Source of the DNA: Planctomycetota bacterium
GTDB lineage: Bacteria; Planctomycetota; UBA1135; UBA2386
Direction of reading: 5' to 3'
Length of the DNA: 64,000 bases
NCBI GenBank assembly: GCA_046290465.1
Contig: JBKAGP010000001.1
Coordinates: forward strand, 5,984,001-6,048,000
The translations under genes and the position numbers were made by a program. Shown piece after piece: positions 57,966 to 64,000 of the stretch (its first letter is position 1; each line of letters opens with the position of its first letter). A model generated the notes under the pieces. The model was not told the origin of the DNA, did no database searches, and worked only from the letters and a program-made list of their open reading frames with translations.

Positions 57966-59294
57966 ATGCTCGCTGCCCTCCCCGCGCTCGCCGCCTGCAC
58001 TGTCCTGTTTGCGCCACAGCAGGCACCAGGGCAGGAATCGCCACAGCAAAGCGCACAGAAGCCGCTCGCCGCAGCGCTGGCGGTCGCGGTCGACGCGGCC
58101 ACGCCGGCCGAGCGGCGGGCCAAGGTCGACGACCTGCTGACGATCTCGAGCGACGTCGACGCGTGGCTCGAGGCCTGCCGCACGTTCGGCAGCTTCGCGC
58201 AGCTCGAGGCGGGCCCGCACCAGCACGTGGTCGAGCTGTCGGTGCTCCAAGAGGTCGAGAAGACCGAACTGCACGTCTACGTGCCGCGCCGCTACGACCC
58301 GAGCAAGCCGGCGCCGCTGCTGATCTGGCTGCACGGCTCGGGCGGCAGCGGCGCGGGCCAGCACGGGCATTGGCAGCAGGTCAGCGAGCAGCTCGGCATG
58401 CTGGTGCTGGCGCCGACCGAGCCGATCGAGACGGTCTACGCCAAGACGCCGCGCGAGCGCGCGTCGGTGCTGGCGGCGCTGCGCTGGCTGCGGCGGCGCG
58501 CCAACGTCGACGAGAACGGGATCTTCGTCGGCGGCTGGTCGCGCGGCGGCCACCTGGCGTGGGACCTGGCGCTGCGCTTCCCCGACCGCTTCGCCGGCCT
58601 CGCGCCGTGTGTCGGCGGCCCGCGCATCGAGCTCGGTCCGGGCAACAACATCCGCTACCTCGAGAACGTGCGCCACCTGCCGATCCGCGACCTGCAGGGC
58701 AGCCGCGACGACGAGCGGCTGCTGATGAACCTGCGGCTGGCGTTCAAGCAGCTCGAGAAGTGGCGGAGCAAGGACGCCGAACTGATCGAGTTCCCCGAGC
58801 TCGGCCACAGCGCCGAGCTCGGCGCGGTCGACTGGGCGACGTTCTTCCAGAAGCGCCGTGAGCCGTGGCCGAAGCGGGTCGTGCGGCTCGTCGCCGAGCC
58901 CTCGGAGGCCCGCAGCGCCTGGCTCGAGCTGACCGGCCTGCGCCGCAAGGTGCAGGTCGAGGCCCAGCCGCAGGTGGCGGCCGCGCGCTGGCAGCGCATG
59001 GACGAGATGCAGAAGCGCGCCTTCCTGGTCAAGGCGCTCGGCAGCTACACCGCGCGGGTGCAGATCGAGGACAAGGGCAAGGGCCGGTTCGTTGCCGACG
59101 GTTCGGGGGTCACCAGGTTCGCGCTGCTGCTGCAGAAGGACCAGCTGGGCAAGGGCGGCAAGGTCGAGGTGCGGCTCAAGCGCAGCAAGCCGATCCGCAA
59201 GGTCGGCACGCCGTCGGCTCGGGTGCTGTTGCAGGACTTCGTCGAGCGGTTCGACCGGGCGCGCCTGCCGGTCGTGCGCATCGACGTGCCGTAG
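57966..59294 (+). CDS. Exported alpha/beta hydrolase (esterase-like)
   Basis: LIWLHGSGG, GWSRGG nucleophile elbow, QGSRDD, ELGH. Confidence 0.85.
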   Translation: MLAALPALAACTVLFAPQQAPGQESPQQSAQKPLAAALAVAVDAATPAERRAKVDDLLTISSDVDAWLEACRTFGSFAQLEAGPHQHVVELSVLQEVEKTELHVYVPRRYDPSKPAPLLIWLHGSGGSGAGQHGHWQQVSEQLGMLVLAPTEPIETVYAKTPRERASVLAALRWLRRRANVDENGIFVGGWSRGGHLAWDLALRFPDRFAGLAPCVGGPRIELGPGNNIRYLENVRHLPIRDLQGSRDDERLLMNLRLAFKQLEKWRSKDAELIEFPELGHSAELGAVDWATFFQKRREPWPKRVVRLVAEPSEARSAWLELTGLRRKVQVEAQPQVAAARWQRMDEMQKRAFLVKALGSYTARVQIEDKGKGRFVADGSGVTRFALLLQKDQLGKGGKVEVRLKRSKPIRKVGTPSARVLLQDFVERFDRARLPVVRIDVP

Positions 59295-59304
59295 CGGGCA
59301 CGCC

Positions 59305-59340
59305 GCGGCGATCTCGCGGCGGCGATCTCGCGGCGATCTC
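59305..59340. repeat. Three copies of GCGGCGATCTC
   Basis: Short intergenic tandem repeat right after the hydrolase stop. Confidence 0.6.
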
Positions 59341-59438
59341 GCGGCGGCTGGGGGGCGCGACGCCCCTCGTCGTTCCTTCATCCAATTCGGGGACGACTCT
59401 GTTGAGACCGCGTCTCAGTATCGTTAGCGTGCCGCCCC

Positions 59439-60488
59439 GTGATGTGCGCCCGGTATTCCCTGACCCCCACCCTGCTCGCCTCTTGCGTGGCCGTCTGCGG
59501 CTGCGCGGTCGGCGAACGGGTGGGGGAGACGGGATCGCCGCCGGCCACCGTCGACCGGCTGGTGGTCGCGATGGGCACCTCGCTGCAGCTCGAGGTCGTC
59601 GCCGCGGATCGGGCCCAGGCGCTGCAGGCCTCGGAGGCGGCGGTGCGCGCGGTCGAGTCCGCCGAGCAGCGCCTGTCGAGCTGGCGGCCCGACTCGGAAC
59701 TGTCGCGGTTCGTCGCGACTCCGGTCGGTGCGCCGTTCGCCGCGAGCGCGGCGCTGTGTGACGAGCTGCGGCGCGCCGTGACGTGGGCGCGCGCCACCGA
59801 CGGCGCGTTCGACCCGACCATCGGCGCGCTGGTCGAGGCCTACGACCTGCGTGGCGCCGGTCGCTGGCCGACGGCCGCGGAGCTCGCCGCCGCGCGCCGC
59901 CGCTGCGGCATCGACGGGCTGCAGATCGCGGCCGGCGAACTGCGCCGCGCGACCGACCTGCAGCTCGACGCCGGCGCGTTCGGCAAGGGGGCCGGACTCG
60001 ACGCGGCGACCGACGCGGCGCTCGCCGCGGGGGCGACCGCGGTCACCTTCGACTTCGGCGGCCAGCTGCACGTCGCCGGCGCCGCGGCGCCGCGCTCGAT
60101 CGAGCTCGCCGATCCACGTGACCGCGCGCGCCCGGCCCTGCGCATCGCAGGCCTGCGCGGCAGCGTCGCGACCACCGGCAACGAGCAGCGGCGGCGCGTC
60201 GTCGACGCGGGCGCGCTCGGCCACCTGCTCGATCCGCGCAGCGGCCGGCCGGCGGCCGACTTCGGTTCGGTCACGATCGTGGCCGAGCGCGCCCTCGACG
60301 CCGACTGCCTGTCGACCGCCTGCTTCGTGCTCGGGCCGGACGCGGCGATCGCCTTCGCCGAGCAGCACGACGGCGTCGAAGCCGTCGTGCTGCTCGCCAC
60401 CGAACGGCCGCGCCGCCTGACGGCGCGCGTCTCCAGCGGCCTGCGCGCCTCGGTCGCGCCGCTGCTGCCAGAACTGACCATCCAATGA
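59439..60488 (+). CDS. apbE: FAD:protein FMN transferase
   Basis: AMGT, SSWRPDSEL, TDGAFDPTIG, LDAGAFGKG, DFGG, VATTG, HLLDPRSG, ADCLSTA. Confidence 0.93.
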   Translation: MMCARYSLTPTLLASCVAVCGCAVGERVGETGSPPATVDRLVVAMGTSLQLEVVAADRAQALQASEAAVRAVESAEQRLSSWRPDSELSRFVATPVGAPFAASAALCDELRRAVTWARATDGAFDPTIGALVEAYDLRGAGRWPTAAELAAARRRCGIDGLQIAAGELRRATDLQLDAGAFGKGAGLDAATDAALAAGATAVTFDFGGQLHVAGAAAPRSIELADPRDRARPALRIAGLRGSVATTGNEQRRRVVDAGALGHLLDPRSGRPAADFGSVTIVAERALDADCLSTACFVLGPDAAIAFAEQHDGVEAVVLLATERPRRLTARVSSGLRASVAPLLPELTIQ

Positions 60489-61756
60489 AGACCTCTTTGA
60501 ACTCCCTCACCATCTGCGTCGCGATCGCCGCGGCGCTCGCGCCGACCGCAGTGGCGCAGTCCCTCGAACAGCGCCTCGACGCGCTCGAGAAGCAGAACCA
60601 GAGCCTGCAGCAGCAGCTCGACGCGATCTCGCAGGACGTCGAGAGCATCGACCTCGGCGGCCTGGTGCCGCCGCTCAGCGAGCCCAAGCGCGGCGTCGGC
60701 CAGGGCGCCGCCAAGGTCTACGACATCGAGCAGGGCCTCTCGATCGGTGGCTACGGCGAGTTCCTGTTCACGCAGCGCAGCGGCCGCACCGACTTCGCCG
60801 ACGCGCAGCGCGTGATCCTCTACTTCGGCTACAAGTTCTCGGACAAGTGGGTGTTCAACTCGGAGATCGAGGTCGAGCACGGCACCACCAACGGCGGTAG
60901 CGGCGAGGTCAGCCTCGAGTTCGGCTACCTCGACTACATGCACAGCGACGCGCTCAACCTGCGCGCCGGCATGCTGCTGTCGCCGCTCGGCCTGGTCAAC
61001 GAACTGCACGAGCCGACCACGTTCCTGACGGCCAGCCGGTCGCAGACCGAGTCGCGCATCATCCCGACGACGCTGCGGGAGATGGGCGCGGGTGCCTACG
61101 GCGACGTCGGCGACTTCTCGTACCGCGCCTACGCGATGACCTCGCTCGACGGCGCCAACTTCTCGTCGAGCGGCCTGCGCGGCGGTCGGCAGCGCGGCAG
61201 CAAGGCCGAGGCCGACGACTGGTCGCTGGTCGGCCGGCTCGACTACGTCGGCGTCAACGGTCTGGTGGTCGGCGGCTCGGCGAGCTACGGCGACACGGGT
61301 CAGGACAATCTCGACGACACCACGCCGACGCCGAACGCGGTGCCGAACCTGACGACGACGATCCTCGAGGCGCACGTCGACTACCGCACCGGGCCGTGGC
61401 AGCTGCGCGCGCTGTGGGCGACCGCCAACATCCAGGACGCCGCGACCTTCAACGCGACGACCGGCAACAACCTCGCCGACCGCCTGACCGGCTACTACGG
61501 CGAGGTCGGCTTCGACGTGCTCAGCGTGCTGGCGCCCGGCCAGCGCGCGCAGCTGACGCCGTTCTTCCGCTACGAGAACATCGACACGCAGGACCAGGTG
61601 CCGACCGGGTTCGCGCCGGTCACAGCGCAGCAGAACGAGATCTACACGATCGGCGTCAACTACAAGCCGATCCCGCAGGTCGTGGTCAAGGTCGACTACG
61701 AGAACTGGGACAACAACTTCGATCGCCTGAACGTGCTGTTCGGCTACGTCTTCTAG
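60485..61756 (+). CDS. Outer-membrane porin (OprO/P-like) with N-terminal coiled coil
   Basis: Signal peptide, LEQRLDALEK, IGGYGE, SEIEVEH, NELHEPT, C-terminal FGYVF. Confidence 0.85.
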   Translation: MKTSLNSLTICVAIAAALAPTAVAQSLEQRLDALEKQNQSLQQQLDAISQDVESIDLGGLVPPLSEPKRGVGQGAAKVYDIEQGLSIGGYGEFLFTQRSGRTDFADAQRVILYFGYKFSDKWVFNSEIEVEHGTTNGGSGEVSLEFGYLDYMHSDALNLRAGMLLSPLGLVNELHEPTTFLTASRSQTESRIIPTTLREMGAGAYGDVGDFSYRAYAMTSLDGANFSSSGLRGGRQRGSKAEADDWSLVGRLDYVGVNGLVVGGSASYGDTGQDNLDDTTPTPNAVPNLTTTILEAHVDYRTGPWQLRALWATANIQDAATFNATTGNNLADRLTGYYGEVGFDVLSVLAPGQRAQLTPFFRYENIDTQDQVPTGFAPVTAQQNEIYTIGVNYKPIPQVVVKVDYENWDNNFDRLNVLFGYVF

Positions 61757-61768
61757 GAGCGCGCGACG

Positions 61769-62407
61769 ATGCGACAGACCCTGGTGCTGGTGTTCGTCCT
61801 GCTGGTCGCCGCGCTCGCGGCGCCGGCGCAGGGCAAGGTGTTCCTGACGACCAAGGAGGCGCTGTCGCTGGCGTTCCCGAAGTGCAAGGTCGAGCGCAAG
61901 AAGTACGTGCTCGACGAGGATCGCAAGGCCAAGGCCGAGAAGCTCGCCGGCCACGCGCCGCGGCGCGCGATGGTCTACGCCTACGAGGCGCGCAAGAACG
62001 GCAAGCTGGTTGGCACCGCCTACTTCGATCGCCACCGGGTGCGCTCCAAGCAGGAGCTGGTGATGATCGTCGTCGATCCGACGAGCAAGGTGCGCCGCAT
62101 CGAGGTGATCGCGTTCGAGGAGCCGACCGACTACCTGCCGCGCGGCTCGTTCTATGCGCAGTTCGTCGGCCGCGGCCTCGACGCGAAGCTCTCGACCAAG
62201 CGCGACATCGTCGGCGTCGCCGGCTCGACCCTGACGGTCAACGCGACCATCGAGGCGGTGCGTCGGATCCTGGCAGCGCACATGGTGCTGCACCCCGATC
62301 AGGTCGCGCGCCAGAAGAAGAAGAAGGCGAAGCCGAAGCCGAAGCCGAAGCCGAAGCCGAAGCCGCGGCCGCCGGTCGGCGTGGTCGGGAGCGCCGTCGG
62401 CAGGTGA
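61769..62407 (+). CDS. Exported FMN-binding domain protein
   Basis: Signal peptide; FEEP..Y, QFVG, DIVGVAGSTLT (variant of the SGAT flavinylation motif); KP-repeat tail. Confidence 0.85.
   Translation: MRQTLVLVFVLLVAALAAPAQGKVFLTTKEALSLAFPKCKVERKKYVLDEDRKAKAEKLAGHAPRRAMVYAYEARKNGKLVGTAYFDRHRVRSKQELVMIVVDPTSKVRRIEVIAFEEPTDYLPRGSFYAQFVGRGLDAKLSTKRDIVGVAGSTLTVNATIEAVRRILAAHMVLHPDQVARQKKKKAKPKPKPKPKPKPRPPVGVVGSAVGR
62329..62364 (+). repeat. (GAAGCC)6 microsatellite encoding a KPKPKP tail
   Basis: Six perfect hexamers in frame. Confidence 0.85.
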
Positions 62408-62832
62408 AGCGCGCCGACAAGCGGTTCACGTACCTGTCGGTCGCGTGCGCGGCCGGCAGCGGGCTGCTGTACGGTTACCTGCTCTACTTCGGCGAGACCG
62501 AGGACGAGTTCGGGCCGGTGCAGCACCCGTGGGTCGCTCCGCTGCAGGGCCTGCACGTGGTGACGGTGCCGCTGTTCGTGTTCGCGCTCGGGCTGATCTG
62601 GCACTACCACGTGGTGCAGAAGCTGCAGAGCGGCGCACCGCAGCGGCGGCGCACCGGCATCGCGTTGCTGAGCCAGGCGTTGCCGATGATCGCGACCGGC
62701 TACCTGCTGCAGGTCACCGTCGACGAGCTGTGGCGTGCGGTGTGGATCTGGTCGCACCTGGTGACGTCGCTGCTGTTCTGCGTGGCGTTCGTCGCCCACC
62801 TGCTGGCGCGCGCTACGAAGCGTCGAGCGTGA
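62404..62832 (+). CDS. Small 4-TM membrane protein with His residues (cytochrome b/DUF4405-like)
   Basis: GTGA overlap; LHVV, WHYHV, TGYLLQ, WSHL, VAHL. Confidence 0.75.
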   Translation: MKRADKRFTYLSVACAAGSGLLYGYLLYFGETEDEFGPVQHPWVAPLQGLHVVTVPLFVFALGLIWHYHVVQKLQSGAPQRRRTGIALLSQALPMIATGYLLQVTVDELWRAVWIWSHLVTSLLFCVAFVAHLLARATKRRA

Positions 62833-64000
62833 CGAACAGCCGGTCCTGCGTGAACAGCAGCACGAACAGCTCGCGCAGCGTTGCATCGTCGTAGCCGGTC
62901 CGCGGCAGGTCGCCGTGCTCGGCCAGCAGCGCGCGCACCCGGGCGAGCGCCCGGTCGTCGCCGCGCAGCCGCACGTCGCCGTAGCCGTCGACGGCCGGCA
63001 GCGGTTCCCGTTCGAGGAACGCCTGCACCGCGTCCTGCATGCGCTGCCAGGTTGCGTACGGCGTCAGCCCGAAGCGGATCGGGCGCTGCTCGAGCGGGTC
63101 GGCCCACGGCAACCAGGCGGCGATCTGTCGATCCAGCTCCGGCAGGCCGAGCTCGGGGTGCGCGCGGTCCAGCGTGAACGCCGCGAACAGGTGCGCGTAG
63201 AGCGGGTTGGGGGCGCGTTCGCCGGCGCGCAGCGCGGTGGTCGTGCGCAGCCAGGACGGCTCCGCCGCGAACGGCTCGTGCGCCAGCAGCTGGCAGCGAT
63301 GGTCGCGACCGCCGAGCCACAGCGCGTCGTCGCCGTCGCCGCGCCGGTTGTGCCGCAGGTCGCGCGCCGCGCGCGGCCGCAGCACCACCTTGCCGTCGCC
63401 GGTGCGGGTCGGCACCGAGCCGCCGAACCAGCGCAGCCGTTCGAGCCGCAGGCGGTGGCGCAGCGTGCCCTCGCCGCCAAGGAACGCGGGGTGTGGCCGG
63501 GGCTCCTGCACGACGGCAGCCGGGGCGTCGTCGCGGCGCGCGCAGACGACGAAGTTGGTGCGCAGCTCCTGCCACAGGTCGAGGTAGTGGAGCACGAAGC
63601 TCTGCGAACGGCCCTGCATGCCGAGGCGCTCGGCCATGCGGTCGGGCTGCGCCCACGGTCGGTGGAACCAGAACGACGCCTCGAGGCCGGCCTGCTGCAG
63701 CAGCCCGCCGAGTTCGAACGCGGTGAAGCCGCGATCGCCCGCGTGCAGGAAGCCGTCGACGACGCCGGCGTCGTTGCGGCTGTCGGCGTAGGTCGTGAAC
63801 GCGTAGCGCAGCGGATGCGCCGCCGGCAGCGCCCGGACGAACCGCCGCAGCAGCGCGGGGTGGTGGCGTTCGTTCGCGGTCAGTCCGAGCAGCCTGGCGA
63901 CCCGTTGCACCTGGAAGATGCGCTGCCGCGAGTAGTGCGGGTAGACCATCACGCGCAGCACGCCGCGCGGCGTCAGCCGCCGGCGCAGCCGCCGCAGCGC
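62813..64000 (-). CDS. Class I SAM methyltransferase-like protein, C-terminal part (start beyond the right edge)
   Basis: LTPRGVLRVMVY, DGFLH..DRGFT, LLQQAGL; frame open to the window edge. Confidence 0.65.
   Translation of the reverse strand, partial: ALRRLRRRLTPRGVLRVMVYPHYSRQRIFQVQRVARLLGLTANERHHPALLRRFVRALPAAHPLRYAFTTYADSRNDAGVVDGFLHAGDRGFTAFELGGLLQQAGLEASFWFHRPWAQPDRMAERLGMQGRSQSFVLHYLDLWQELRTNFVVCARRDDAPAAVVQEPRPHPAFLGGEGTLRHRLRLERLRWFGGSVPTRTGDGKVVLRPRAARDLRHNRRGDGDDALWLGGRDHRCQLLAHEPFAAEPSWLRTTTALRAGERAPNPLYAHLFAAFTLDRAHPELGLPELDRQIAAWLPWADPLEQRPIRFGLTPYATWQRMQDAVQAFLEREPLPAVDGYGDVRLRGDDRALARVRALLAEHGDLPRTGYDDATLRELFVLLFTQDRLFVTLDAS

Noticed and set aside
59305..59348. Tandem repeat as a CRISPR remnant
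   Set aside because: 11-bp units with no unique spacers and no cas genes in the window.

Overview
Very GC-rich bacterial DNA with about 48 genes, most likely from an uncultured Planctomycetota lineage. That is inferred from a DUF1592/DUF1552 pair, an ECF sigma plus Ser/Thr kinase pair and a WDPDGPGP-type secreted protein. I saw no rRNA, tRNA, CRISPR array, transposase or integrase. Most long ORFs in the supplied track are GC-rich shadow frames. Housekeeping-type genes include an aceE-like pyruvate dehydrogenase E1, ispG, two HtrA/Deg proteases, two MFS transporters and a saccharopine dehydrogenase-like enzyme. Main points of interest: (1) a ~120-aa C-terminal domain shared by three unrelated secreted proteins, a candidate lineage-specific export or surface-sorting signal; (2) a four-gene islet with a 12-Cys secreted miniprotein, MauE/DoxX and two membrane-anchored unknowns; (3) a sigma-54 promoter and intrinsic terminator bracketing a ~230-nt non-coding transcript; (4) an operon of porin, cytochrome c'-cupredoxin fusion and histidine kinase; (5) a two-gene islet with a divergent nitrilase fold; (6) an ApbE/porin/FMN-binding/cytochrome b-like flavinylation module; (7) a candidate ECF promoter motif shared by two genes. 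All family calls come from reading motifs by eye; no database searches were run.
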